Source: a virus (lineage: Duplodnaviria > Caudoviricetes). Taken from it: 64,000 bases of DNA. This document shows positions 52,446 to 61,890 of the stretch, piece by piece; position 1 is the first letter of the stretch, and each line of letters begins with the position of its first letter. The notes beneath the pieces are model-generated. The model ran no database searches and was not told where the DNA came from. It worked only from the letters and a program-made list of their open reading frames with translations. Location: IMG/VR virus record IMGVR_UViG_2883475777_000001. One strand, given 5' to 3'. The position numbers were made by a program, and so were the translations under genes.

Positions 52446-54103
52446 AAGGGAATCTCGTCGGGATCGTAGTCGGGGAATTCGCCGGCAGGCAGCGCGTCCG
52501 GCAACGGGCCAAGTTCATGGTCGATGATGCGTTCGTAGGGATCACCAGCGACGGCGCGGACAGTGATGCCAAGCGTCGCAGCCAGACCGCCGCCTTCAAT
52601 GATCTCGACGGCACGTTGCGCCGAGTCTGGCACCAGATCGGGCGAGCGTTGTCGCCACCACGCCACCGCCTTCTGGCGGGCATAACCTTCGTGCTCGAAG
52701 CAGACCCATTCGGATTTGTAGTCGTGCCAGCCGACGCGGTAATCAACGCGGAGAGTCTTTGGATCGTCGTCGCTCGCGCCGCGCTTCGTATGAACGCTGT
52801 ACACCACATCCTCGACGGGGAACTTCGTCGTGGTGACCTGGCCAGAAAGGATGCCGGCCTCACTGGCTTTGGCATCGTGCTGCTTTCGCTCGGGTGGTGG
52901 AAACTCGTATCCGCACTGTGGGCAAATGGCGAAGCCGGCGGCGATCACCGCCTGACAATCGGGGCATTCCTTCGCCGGCGTTTTCCCGTCGCCTCGATCC
53001 ATCGTCGTGATTTGAATCTCATCGACGGGGCCATGCCGCAGCACGTTGCCGCCGAAGTCCAGCACCAGGCAGTTCTCTTTGCTGGGGTGCAGGCGGAAGC
53101 CACGACCGACCATTTGGTAATAGAGTCCCGGTGACATCGTTGGTCGGACTAGCGCCACGCAGTCGATGTGCGGCGCGTCGAAACCGGTCGTCAACACGTT
53201 GACGTTGCACAGGTATTTCAACTCGCCGGCCTTGAAGCGGCCGAGTATTGCATCGCGTTCGGCGGTCGGAGTTTCGCCGCAGACGAAACCGCACTGGATG
53301 CCGTGCTCGCGATCGAGCGTCTCGACGATATGCTGTCCGTGTTTGACGCCCGAAGCGAAGATGAGGGTGGCCTGGCGGCTGGTGGTGTGCTGAACAATCT
53401 CCGCGCACGCCGACTTCACCAGCGTCTCTTGGTCCATCAAGTCTTCGACCTCGTCGGCCACGAACTCACCGCCGCGCACATGCAGCGCCGTGGTGTCGGC
53501 CTTCGCCTTGCCGGCCTTACTGATCAGCGGGCACAAGAACCCGTCGCGGATTAACTCGCGGACGCCGACGTCGTAGCAGATATGGTTCAAGAACCCGTCG
53601 GGCGTGCAGATGGGCCCGGTCTTCAAACGGAACGGGGTGGCAGTGAATCCGATGATTCGCAGCTCGGGATTGATCACCTTGGCGTCGGCCAGAAACTGCC
53701 GATACATGCCGTCGCCTTCGAGCGGAATCAGATGCGCTTCGTCGACCATCACAAGATTGAAGGCGTCGAGTTCGCAGGCCCGCTTGTAGACGCTCTGAAT
53801 GCCGGCCACGATCACCGGGTGTTCGGTGTCGCGCCGCTTGAGGCCCGCCGAGTAAATTCCGAAGTCGATCTCGGGGCAGACGATTCGCAGCTTGTCGGCC
53901 GTCTGCTCGAGCAGTTCCTTGACGTGCGCCAGAATCAGCACGCGGCCGTTCCATTGCCCGACCGCGTCCTTGCAGATGCTTGCCATGATGGGCGTCTTGC
54001 CGCCGGCGGTCGGCACCACGGCGCAGGGATTGTCGTCCCGCGCCCGCAGGTGACCATAGACGGCAGCCTTGACTTCTTCTTGATACGGGCGAAGCGTGAT
54101 CAT
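52442..54103 (-). CDS. SF2 DEAD/DEAH helicase with Zn finger
   Basis: LRPYQ, PTAGGKT, VDEAH, GFTATP, LTTGFDAP, QMVGRGFR, CPDC...CPQC. Confidence 0.92.
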   Translation of the reverse strand: MITLRPYQEEVKAAVYGHLRARDDNPCAVVPTAGGKTPIMASICKDAVGQWNGRVLILAHVKELLEQTADKLRIVCPEIDFGIYSAGLKRRDTEHPVIVAGIQSVYKRACELDAFNLVMVDEAHLIPLEGDGMYRQFLADAKVINPELRIIGFTATPFRLKTGPICTPDGFLNHICYDVGVRELIRDGFLCPLISKAGKAKADTTALHVRGGEFVADEVEDLMDQETLVKSACAEIVQHTTSRQATLIFASGVKHGQHIVETLDREHGIQCGFVCGETPTAERDAILGRFKAGELKYLCNVNVLTTGFDAPHIDCVALVRPTMSPGLYYQMVGRGFRLHPSKENCLVLDFGGNVLRHGPVDEIQITTMDRGDGKTPAKECPDCQAVIAAGFAICPQCGYEFPPPERKQHDAKASEAGILSGQVTTTKFPVEDVVYSVHTKRGASDDDPKTLRVDYRVGWHDYKSEWVCFEHEGYARQKAVAWWRQRSPDLVPDSAQRAVEIIEGGGLAATLGITVRAVAGDPYERIIDHELGPLPDALPAGEFPDYDPDEIPF

Positions 54104-54454
54104 CTACTCGGACACCTCGTTGATTTGCACAAGCGTTTTGCCGCCATCGAGCGGCTCGCCCTTTTCGATGGCGAGCCGAATGATCTGGCTGTCGTCGTCA
54201 TACGCGCCGCCATGCTGAAGGGCGTCGAGCAACGCTTTCTGCACGTTGTCGATATCGCGACGGCGGCGGTCAGGCGGATGGACGACGATCGACATCTCCA
54301 ACGGACCCGCAAGCGGCCGCACCCCGCGGGCCGCGAGGATCGCGCAAACCTCATGGCGGAATGCTCGACCCCCGCGGCTGATGAGCGTCCGTGCTCCTAC
54401 GCGCCGCCAATAGTGATTCACACTTGGCGGATAGGGCAGTTCGAACTCGACCAT
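54104..54454 (-). CDS. rusA: RusA-family Holliday junction resolvase
   Basis: LPYPPSVNHYW, PPDRRRRDIDNVQKALLDAL, DDSQI. Confidence 0.88.
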   Translation of the reverse strand: MVEFELPYPPSVNHYWRRVGARTLISRGGRAFRHEVCAILAARGVRPLAGPLEMSIVVHPPDRRRRDIDNVQKALLDALQHGGAYDDDSQIIRLAIEKGEPLDGGKTLVQINEVSE

Positions 54455-54918
54455 CAGGAACGCTTCCAAGGAGGCGTACTGTCGGTCGCAGCCGCAGCGC
54501 CGGCGGCGGGCAGCGGCGTCTGATCCTTCTTCGCGTACCCCTTGATCTCGTTGACGATCTCGCCCGTGTCCGTGCGCTTTTTGCAGCGGACATGGATGAC
54601 CAGCGGCAAGTTGTGCAACTCGGCCGAGTCCTTCGGGGCCAGCACACCGACCGCCCGACAAATTGCGGACAAGTCCGCGCGTGCGATTTGCACAGCAACC
54701 GCATTCGGGTGGTCGAGGTTCAGACGCGCCCACAGCAGGCGGTTCTGATGCTCGCCTTCGATGACTTGAAAGGTCATCTGTAGCAGGCTTCCCGTGCCCG
54801 CCTTGTTGGCCTTCATCTCGCTCTCGGTGATGACCGCGAGATATTTGCCGGCGGGAATGGGCTCGAAGTCGCCGGTCGGTTCGACTTGGTTGGCATCAAA
54901 GCCATTGAGATCAGCCAT
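54454..54918 (-). CDS. DUF669 phage ssDNA-binding-like protein
   Basis: DFEPIPAGKY...; C-terminal PPWKR. Confidence 0.8.
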   Translation of the reverse strand: MADLNGFDANQVEPTGDFEPIPAGKYLAVITESEMKANKAGTGSLLQMTFQVIEGEHQNRLLWARLNLDHPNAVAVQIARADLSAICRAVGVLAPKDSAELHNLPLVIHVRCKKRTDTGEIVNEIKGYAKKDQTPLPAAGAAAATDSTPPWKRS

Positions 54919-55699
54919 TGGTATTGGCTCCTTCTGGTTGTTGGTTGTTGGTCAACGATTGGATGAACGCCGCCCACGAGAGCGGCAACTCGTCCGTGAT
55001 TCCGTAGCGGTTCTTGGCCACGCACGACGGCCCACCGACGCACCGCAGGATCCGTTCGCCGCCGTCCTTGCCGATCGCGTGCGCGATGGTGCGTTTGCGG
55101 TTGAAGCCGGCGTCTTCCGACTGAGTGCGGATGCGGCGAGTAGCGAATAGCACCGCATCGCACCACTCGCTGACGAGCGCGGCGGCATGCTTATGCAGGC
55201 GGGGTGCGAAGCGGTCGTAGGGCGACGACTCGGGGTCCTCGAACCGTTCGACTTTGGAGTGGGCGATCCGCAGCACGACCATGCCGCGCCCATTGCGGAG
55301 CACGTTCAAGTGGTCGACGATTTCGCGCCAATACGTCAGCGCGTGGGTGTAGCCCTTGGCGTAACCGCCATCGACCTTCTCAATTGAGTTGACGCCGTTC
55401 TCCAGGCAGAGCTTGTCCCACGCCAGACGTTCCAGCCAATCGAGCGAGTCGATCACGACCGTCTCGTAGCTGTGTTCCTCGCGGCGAAGTTCGACGAGCG
55501 CTTCGGCCACGTCCTCGTAGGTCGTGGCCAGCGGAAACTTGTCGCAGTCAATTTCGTCGAGGCCATCCTCAGTTTGAATGAAGATCGGGTTGGGGGCTTG
55601 CGCGCCGAACGTGCTCTTGCCGATCCCTTCGACGCCGTACAACAGAATGCGGGGCGGCTTGGCAATCCGCCCTCGCTGGACCTTGTCCATCAAACTCAT
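54911..55699 (-). CDS. AAA_24 (Sak4-like) ATPase
   Basis: LYGVEGIGKSTF, VVIDSLDWLE, AHS, AKNRYG. Confidence 0.85.
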   Translation of the reverse strand: MSLMDKVQRGRIAKPPRILLYGVEGIGKSTFGAQAPNPIFIQTEDGLDEIDCDKFPLATTYEDVAEALVELRREEHSYETVVIDSLDWLERLAWDKLCLENGVNSIEKVDGGYAKGYTHALTYWREIVDHLNVLRNGRGMVVLRIAHSKVERFEDPESSPYDRFAPRLHKHAAALVSEWCDAVLFATRRIRTQSEDAGFNRKRTIAHAIGKDGGERILRCVGGPSCVAKNRYGITDELPLSWAAFIQSLTNNQQPEGANTNG

Positions 55700-55998
55700 G
55701 CCGCCGCCTCCTGGGGCTGGTGCTCGTGATTTGCGATGCGTTCAACAGTGAAGGCATCCGGCCCGAACTCTCGTCCCATGAAGCCGGTGAACAAGCGATT
55801 GAGATCTCGACCGACGGGCGTGCCCGCGTCGACAACGCAGGCACGCTTCGTCGGATCGAGGTAATGAGCCGCATCGAGACGCGTTTGGGCTTCGCCATGC
55901 AGGCTTTCCGTCGCCATGACGGCCAGCAGCAGCGACGCTTCGACCTCCTCGATGGGCACGTCTTCTTCAAACGTGTAGCGATACAATTCCTGGGTCAT
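55696..55998 (-). CDS. Hypothetical protein
   Basis: 100 aa, first gene after the promoter-like motif; ATGA-coupled to AAA_24. Confidence 0.6.
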   Translation of the reverse strand: MTQELYRYTFEEDVPIEEVEASLLLAVMATESLHGEAQTRLDAAHYLDPTKRACVVDAGTPVGRDLNRLFTGFMGREFGPDAFTVERIANHEHQPQEAAA

Positions 55999-56028
55999 GA
56001 CTTATCCCTCGTGTCGGAAACCGGGCCT

Positions 56029-56066
56029 CTATCTGTTGACCTACCCGGTTCCGACGCGAGATGACG
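56029..56066 (-). promoter_or_regulatory. Putative phage-sigma promoter (copy 2), upstream of the replication operon
   Basis: CGTCAT-N11-ACCGGGTAGGTC-NN-CAGATAG immediately after the sigma gene. Confidence 0.55.
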
Positions 56067-56067
56067 A

Positions 56068-56658
56068 CTACGACTCCAAGTAGTCCCGCATGCCGGCCTT
56101 TTCAAAGCGCTGCCGGATACGACGCATCCAGTCATTGAGCGTCGTGCGGGGGACGCCCATCTCGTCAGCAATCGCTTGCATGGTCAGCGTCTTGCGCAGC
56201 TCCAGCAGCGTCTGCCACGAGTCAGGCAGCGTGGACATCACATCCGCCACATCGACCGCCAACTGCACGAGCTCATCTTCACCGCGCCGGTGCCGACCAA
56301 GACGGGCGTCGTGCTCACGCTCACCGATGGTCTGAGCCAACTCGGTCGGCCCCTCCTCGGTGATCTCGATCATCACGTTCAGGGAGATGCGCCCCTGGTG
56401 ATCGCGCTTCGCCGCCCGCTTGTTACGCAGGATGTTCGCGACATAGCGTTCCACGACCGTGGTGATGAACTTGTTGCGATGAGCCTGGTCGGGATCGAAT
56501 TTCGGCAGGCTCTGCAGGACACGGACGAAGAGGTCCTGCTCAAGATCTTCGCGGTCCTGCTGGGTGAATCCGGCGCGGCCCATCAATTGCTTGACCTTGC
56601 GCCGGATGATGCCTCGAGTAAAACGATCGTCACTGGGATTGAATTCGGCTTTCGCCAT
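56068..56658 (-). CDS. Phage sigma-70/ECF-like factor
   Basis: DREDLEQDL, KFDP...FITTVV region 2; LPDSWQTL...IADEMGVPRTTL region 4. Confidence 0.8.
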   Translation of the reverse strand: MAKAEFNPSDDRFTRGIIRRKVKQLMGRAGFTQQDREDLEQDLFVRVLQSLPKFDPDQAHRNKFITTVVERYVANILRNKRAAKRDHQGRISLNVMIEITEEGPTELAQTIGEREHDARLGRHRRGEDELVQLAVDVADVMSTLPDSWQTLLELRKTLTMQAIADEMGVPRTTLNDWMRRIRQRFEKAGMRDYLES

Positions 56659-56863
56659 TTGAAATTCTCCTCGCCGGCGAGGAGCGGTTGGCGTGGGCCA
56701 ACGACGAATGGCGAAGGGAATGCAGGCCAACGAAAAAGCGGAGGCGATGCGAGTCGAGCCATGATCGGCGTCGCCCACAGTCGCCTCCGCTTTGCGGCCG
56801 GCAAAATGTCAGGTAACAGAAATGAAAAAGAAACGTCACGAAGCGGGTGCCTAACCCCAGTGA

Positions 56864-57232
56864 CTAGGCGGGCACCTCCGTGACGATCATGCGGAACGGC
56901 AGGCCGTGCTTGATTTCCAGGACGTCGATCACGCCGTCCTGCAGCTCGTCGAAGAACGCGAACAACTCGACGACCTTCTGCTTGAGAAGGAAGTCCTCTG
57001 CGGCGACTTCGGGGCGGGGGCCGTTGTCGCCGCCGAACTTGTGCTCGCGGACGATCACGGGGCAAGGGTCAAGAATCGGCTCACCGCCGGCGATCGACAG
57101 ATGTTCGATCCGGCCGAAGTTGACGCTCTGCATCAACTCCAGCAAGCGGGAACGGCAGGCAGAGAGATCCTGCTTAGAACGGTGCGGGGACTTGTCGCGC
57201 CCCCCGCCGGGCGCTGGCGCGGATACAACCAT
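56864..57232 (-). CDS. Hypothetical protein
   Basis: 122 aa with GAGGAG RBS; upstream of the sigma gene. Confidence 0.6.
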   Translation of the reverse strand: MVVSAPAPGGGRDKSPHRSKQDLSACRSRLLELMQSVNFGRIEHLSIAGGEPILDPCPVIVREHKFGGDNGPRPEVAAEDFLLKQKVVELFAFFDELQDGVIDVLEIKHGLPFRMIVTEVPA

Positions 57233-57351
57233 AGCACTTCTCCTCGTGTAAAGTCGGAATCACCGGGGCGGTGATCCTCACGAGGGAAGTGTCGCTAGAT
57301 TGGTTGATTTAATCGGTGCGCAAACGGTGCCTAAACGGTTGCGGAGTTTCC

Positions 57352-58245
57352 TTAGTGGTCCCGAAGTTTGGATGCACGCGAATTACCTTTGTCAGTCAGC
57401 CAGCAGCCTCCTCCACGGCCGGTTTTGCTGTTGATCAACTCTCGCGTCTTGAGGTCCGACATAACGCCTTTTAGCGCATTCGGGTCTGTGCCCTCACCCA
57501 AGGCTTTGATTGCGATCTCGTCGGTTGGCTTCCTGCGATCCGAATCGACCGCATCCAGTTCAAGCATCGCGATGAGCACGAGTTGTGCGCGATCGGCAAG
57601 CGGCTCATCGCCGGCTGGCGACACAGATTCCAGCTCCGCTGGCGACTGAAACTTCTGTGGATCGATGGCCCACCGCCGCAGCCGGACGAATGGAACAAGA
57701 ACGCGACCCACCGTTGGGCAGGAAATGTACGCGCGCAGTTCCGAGGCGGATGGGGACTTGATGTACTCAACGCTCTCGACGTGATCGTGACCGCAAGCGT
57801 CGCAGGCGATTGATTTGGCCGCCTCAATCGATATGAGTGTTCCGTCGGCCACGAATTCCTCCACCAGCCCATCCGGCCAGGTGGATACTTCATCGGCGTC
57901 GATGACCGGCGAGTCCGCGCGAATACGGTCACCAAGCGACAAGAGAATACTGGCTCTATCGGGTTGGCCTCCGTTTGCGCCAAGCCCGGATTTGTCCACC
58001 GCAAATCGCATCCAAGGCAGCCGCTGTTCCATATCGAGCGCTCGCCAATCTTCCAGCGACAGGCCGCGAGTATGATTCAACACCGACGCGGCCAACGCCG
58101 ATTCTTCCGCGTCGGAAAGCAGGCCGATGTTGTGGGGATAGTTGCGATCGCATTCCGGCAAGGGGAGCGGAAAGTCCTCTCGACCAAGGAGGCGTGCCGC
58201 GAGATCGTGGTACAGGTCGAATGGAGTCATGTTGAAAAAGTGCAT
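57352..58245 (-). CDS. Hypothetical protein with CxxC and C-terminal winged helix
   Basis: CDACGHDH; LKTRELINSKTGRGGGCWLT. Confidence 0.6.
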   Translation of the reverse strand: MHFFNMTPFDLYHDLAARLLGREDFPLPLPECDRNYPHNIGLLSDAEESALAASVLNHTRGLSLEDWRALDMEQRLPWMRFAVDKSGLGANGGQPDRASILLSLGDRIRADSPVIDADEVSTWPDGLVEEFVADGTLISIEAAKSIACDACGHDHVESVEYIKSPSASELRAYISCPTVGRVLVPFVRLRRWAIDPQKFQSPAELESVSPAGDEPLADRAQLVLIAMLELDAVDSDRRKPTDEIAIKALGEGTDPNALKGVMSDLKTRELINSKTGRGGGCWLTDKGNSRASKLRDH

Positions 58246-58249
58246 CCGA

Positions 58250-59443
58250 TCATGCGCGGTCGATTCCCCACCGACGAAGATACTTCTCGCCGATCAACCG
58301 CAGATCTTCTTTGCGACAGCTCTTGAGGTTGCTGGTGTTCGGGTGGGACACTTCGAAAGTCAACGTTTGCTGACGCCCTTGCCCAGTGTGGACAAAGCGA
58401 AAATGGAACTGCGCGAGCGTGATGTTGAAGAGGGCGTCCGGCATGTTGTGGCGATTAAGGCACTCGTCCAACATATTGTAAATGGCACTGGGGCCGCCGT
58501 CGGGGTCAGCCTCAAGCGTGATTCTACGCTTGGCCCCGCCCAACACTGACAGTCGCAATTTGCGAACCTGAACTTCTTCGATGCCGTCGCCGGGGTCGGT
58601 GTCGAGTGCGGTCTGCAGAAAGTCCCGTGACTTGAGGCCATTCAATTCATAGGGATGGCCGAGCGGCGACTCCGGCGGCAATTCCTGATGTAGGAGCGTG
58701 CGGCAGAAGATGGTTTGCAGCGACTCTTGCACCACCTTACCGCCCTGCGCGAAGACGTCGAGCGTTCCGTCGACCGGATCGAAGAGGAAGACAATCTCAA
58801 AGGCCGGCCGCTGCGGGCGTCGCACGAATTGCCCGTGCTCGTCGTGCCCAAGATAGGTGTCGGCATAATTGTCTGGATAGGCGAAGAAGTAGTGGTAGCG
58901 ATCCACTCGCAAGTAAGTGTCGACGGTGCAGCGGTGCCCGCGTCCCTCGTTCTGCCTGAAATACGCGGAGATCGCATCGCGGAACTGATCAAGCGCTGCC
59001 AGCGACACATCCGGCTGCTGGAGCGGCATGTTGCCACGGTGCCGCCAATAGCGACGTGAAAGAGAATGTGCGTGGTGGATCGTTCCGGCAACTTGAAACA
59101 CCCGCGGATGCGTGATCGCGACATGCATCGCCTTGTCGCGGAAATTGCCGAGCGCGTCCAATTCCGTGGCAAGATCAAGACCGTGGAATAGGCCTTCGTC
59201 GATGAGAGTCTTGACGCCTTCCTCGGAGGCCAGCGCCTCGGCTTCCTCGAACGTCCGCTCAATCTCAAGACGTTGTGATTCGGGCAGGTTCTGCCAACCG
59301 TCGTAAACACATTCGATGTCGTGGTTGGCGAGATCCGCCCAAGGCAGTTCCTGTAGGACACCCAGGTCGCCAAAGCAGGCCTGCAGAATTTCATTCGAAG
59401 TCTGGCGCAGAAACGTTCTGGGCGTAAAATGAATAGTAGCCAT
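58250..59443 (-). CDS. Hypothetical protein
   Basis: 397-aa ORF following ImmA; no motif recognised. Confidence 0.65.
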   Translation of the reverse strand: MATIHFTPRTFLRQTSNEILQACFGDLGVLQELPWADLANHDIECVYDGWQNLPESQRLEIERTFEEAEALASEEGVKTLIDEGLFHGLDLATELDALGNFRDKAMHVAITHPRVFQVAGTIHHAHSLSRRYWRHRGNMPLQQPDVSLAALDQFRDAISAYFRQNEGRGHRCTVDTYLRVDRYHYFFAYPDNYADTYLGHDEHGQFVRRPQRPAFEIVFLFDPVDGTLDVFAQGGKVVQESLQTIFCRTLLHQELPPESPLGHPYELNGLKSRDFLQTALDTDPGDGIEEVQVRKLRLSVLGGAKRRITLEADPDGGPSAIYNMLDECLNRHNMPDALFNITLAQFHFRFVHTGQGRQQTLTFEVSHPNTSNLKSCRKEDLRLIGEKYLRRWGIDRA

Positions 59444-59591
59444 TTTTCACTCCTTTGCCTGTGGCTCTAGGAAGTAAACTGCCGCCAAGTCTCAAATCGG
59501 TCTTGATTTGACAAGGGCCGGGCGAGCATCCGCGTACACTGAACAGTAAACACTGATTCTACAAAAAAATGCTTTCTCGCATAGTGGGTAT

Positions 59592-60347
59592 TTAGAACAG
59601 CAAATTCTCTTTTTCACGCAGTAGGAGCTTCATGCCCTCCAGACGTATCCGCATCGCGTCGGGCGATACCTCAAACGTCGCGGCCAGCGGCCGACTGGCA
59701 TGCTCCAGCAGCATGTTGGCTTCGGCATTGTCGCCCGATTTGAACCCGCCGCGTCGTAAAACCTCGGCCGTCAGAATCTGTTGGCGTTTGGCCTGCAGAT
59801 CGTCGAGGTAGATCGGGTCCATACTGCCACGCCATTCGTGCCAGGCACGTTTGACCATCTCGCGCGGCATCAACAGGCATGAGGCGAATCGGTTGGCTTG
59901 GTACTCGATCGGTTCCGTATCGCTCGATCGGCAGATGTATTCGGGCCGCTCGACGTTGTCCGGCAGCAAAGTCAGCTGATTGGCCCTCCGCAGGAAGAGG
60001 TGTCGATGCAAACGCCAATGGCCAGCTTCATGGGCCAACGTGAAATGGTAACGCCCGAGCATCGAGGGATTGTCGGTCGGTTCCAGTCGATGGTCGATGC
60101 CGACTCGGCGATCATTGACCCACAACGCGCCGTGGACATCGCTGACGCCGAAGAGCTGCTGCATGTCGTCGAATGTGAGGTGGAGTTGTAGATACAGCTC
60201 GACAATCTCGTCGATGGGAATCGGGGGCGCGGTGACCTGGCCGTGCTGGTTGCCGTATTCCGCAAGCAGCAGCGCAGCTTCGTCCTCGAACTCTTGGTCC
60301 TTCATGAACCGCAACTTCGGGCCGGGTTTCGATACGCGTTTGGCCAT
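59592..60347 (-). CDS. ImmA/IrrE-family metallopeptidase (anti-repressor)
   Basis: RYHFTLAHEAGHW (HExxH), EYQANRFASCLLMP. Confidence 0.9.
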   Translation of the reverse strand: MAKRVSKPGPKLRFMKDQEFEDEAALLLAEYGNQHGQVTAPPIPIDEIVELYLQLHLTFDDMQQLFGVSDVHGALWVNDRRVGIDHRLEPTDNPSMLGRYHFTLAHEAGHWRLHRHLFLRRANQLTLLPDNVERPEYICRSSDTEPIEYQANRFASCLLMPREMVKRAWHEWRGSMDPIYLDDLQAKRQQILTAEVLRRGGFKSGDNAEANMLLEHASRPLAATFEVSPDAMRIRLEGMKLLLREKENLLF

Positions 60348-60350
60348 AAT

Positions 60351-60731
60351 CTACGTCTCCTCGTCTCTACCTTCTTCCTTCATGCGTTCAGCATCTTCGC
60401 GTAGCCGGCGTAGCTGATCGCCTGTCAAACCTCGCACGGCGCGAAGCAGGTCGGGTACCTCAGTCGGCGATTCGTGAATAATAGCAGGCAGGTCCTCCGT
60501 TAATCGCCCCGCCAACGCTGTCCACTCGTCCACACTCTCTTCGAGGATTTCCGCCATCCGCTTTACGCGATCGGCGGTCGGCGGATCGACGTTCATCTGC
60601 TCAACCTGCGAGAGGTACGTCGGGCTGACGCCTACCAACTGGGCGAACTTCCGCAGGCTGTAGCCCTTCTCGATTCGTTTTTCGCGAAGCAATTGCCCGA
60701 ACGGTTTTTGCTTTGGTTTCTTCTTGGCCAT
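60351..60731 (-). CDS. XRE-family repressor (ImmR-like)
   Basis: FGQLLREKR...SLRKFAQLVGVSPTYLSQVE. Confidence 0.88.
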   Translation of the reverse strand: MAKKKPKQKPFGQLLREKRIEKGYSLRKFAQLVGVSPTYLSQVEQMNVDPPTADRVKRMAEILEESVDEWTALAGRLTEDLPAIIHESPTEVPDLLRAVRGLTGDQLRRLREDAERMKEEGRDEET

Positions 60732-60732
60732 T

Positions 60733-61890
60733 CTACAGTTCCCCTCGGAATGCACGGTCAAGAATTGACGGGAGCAGTGCATCTAACTGTGCTGACTGAT
60801 CGTGCAGCGATTGTAGCTCGCTCATCTTTCGGCGAACGTTGCGAAGTTTGACCTGAGCTTCGTTGGACGGCAGCGGGAGTTCATAGTTCAAGAAGTCCTT
60901 AGGGTTCAGTCGCTTGCGGCGAACATTGGTGCCGGTGCTGGCTCCACTGAGAAGCGGCCATACAGAGGGCGACCGGAAATACACATCCAGCACTTCAGGA
61001 AACACACGATCCTCGTTAATTGTGAATACGGGAAACTCGGGTGAGACAAAAAGCCCGTCGCAAGTGTTTGGGACAACGGCCAACGCGCCCTCCCAGGCCA
61101 TCAACTTCGGGTAGACAAATTCTCCTTCGCGAATTTGTGTCAATCGCTTGTAGGCGAAGTCGTTTCCTGCCTTCACTTGACCGCGAAATACTCCGCGGCC
61201 GAAGCAGTAGACACCGGCGAAGTGATATGTCTTCGTGGGAACAACGTCCACGTCAGGCTTGCGCCAGGTCACCAATTCGTGCATGGGTGTCAGCGTTGGC
61301 GGTCCGAACTGTTCATCTCTCAGAATAGCCCGACAAAGTTGATCGCATTCTTTATTTGCGCTTGTCCGCAGCGACTTGGCTTCACCAATCTTGTCTGCGA
61401 TGCGGTCGATTTGCGCCACGATCGTCTCTTGTTGCGCAGGAGTAGGAAGTGGCACCTCAATGGTGAGAAATTTCTCGGGACGAATGCGATTTTTCCCACT
61501 GCTCCCTTGGGAAAGTGCGTCACACTTTTGCCAAAGTTCGCGAGCCTTGGAATACCAATGAAGCCAGCGCGGCAAAACGCAATCACGACGACATTCAAAT
61601 GTTGGAAACTCATTTGAACCGACGCATCCGGCGACCTCAGCGGGGACGACTGCGACGGACCCGTGACGAACCCAAATCTTGTTGATGATCAAATCATCCT
61701 CTCGAACTTCATTCAGCGTCTTGACTGCGGTTTCACTGCCGTCGATCGTCTGACGCTCGTATGCGCCTTCGCCCCACCACTTCACCCCGAGAGTTCTGTA
61801 AGTCTCACCTGGAACAACGGATACGCTACGTTGCACAGGCGTTACGATTTCGGATAGCGCGACTAGTGGCCAACCGTTTGAAGTTGTCAT
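60733..61890 (-). CDS. hsdS: Type I R-M specificity subunit
   Basis: Two TRD-like halves, VPLPTPAQQETIV spacer, C-terminal SILDRAFRGEL. Confidence 0.88.
   Translation of the reverse strand: MTTSNGWPLVALSEIVTPVQRSVSVVPGETYRTLGVKWWGEGAYERQTIDGSETAVKTLNEVREDDLIINKIWVRHGSVAVVPAEVAGCVGSNEFPTFECRRDCVLPRWLHWYSKARELWQKCDALSQGSSGKNRIRPEKFLTIEVPLPTPAQQETIVAQIDRIADKIGEAKSLRTSANKECDQLCRAILRDEQFGPPTLTPMHELVTWRKPDVDVVPTKTYHFAGVYCFGRGVFRGQVKAGNDFAYKRLTQIREGEFVYPKLMAWEGALAVVPNTCDGLFVSPEFPVFTINEDRVFPEVLDVYFRSPSVWPLLSGASTGTNVRRKRLNPKDFLNYELPLPSNEAQVKLRNVRRKMSELQSLHDQSAQLDALLPSILDRAFRGEL

Larger units (their letters stand above)
13462..60731 (-). mobile_element. Lambda-like (siphovirus-type) prophage; ends approximate
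   Basis: Canonical minus-strand order: XRE/ImmA, sigma, AAA_24/DUF669/RusA, helicase, primase, ParB-MTase, terS/terL, gpW, portal, protease-capsid, DUF2190, head-tail, tail tube, G/GT chaperone, tape measure. att sites not identified. Confidence 0.9.
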
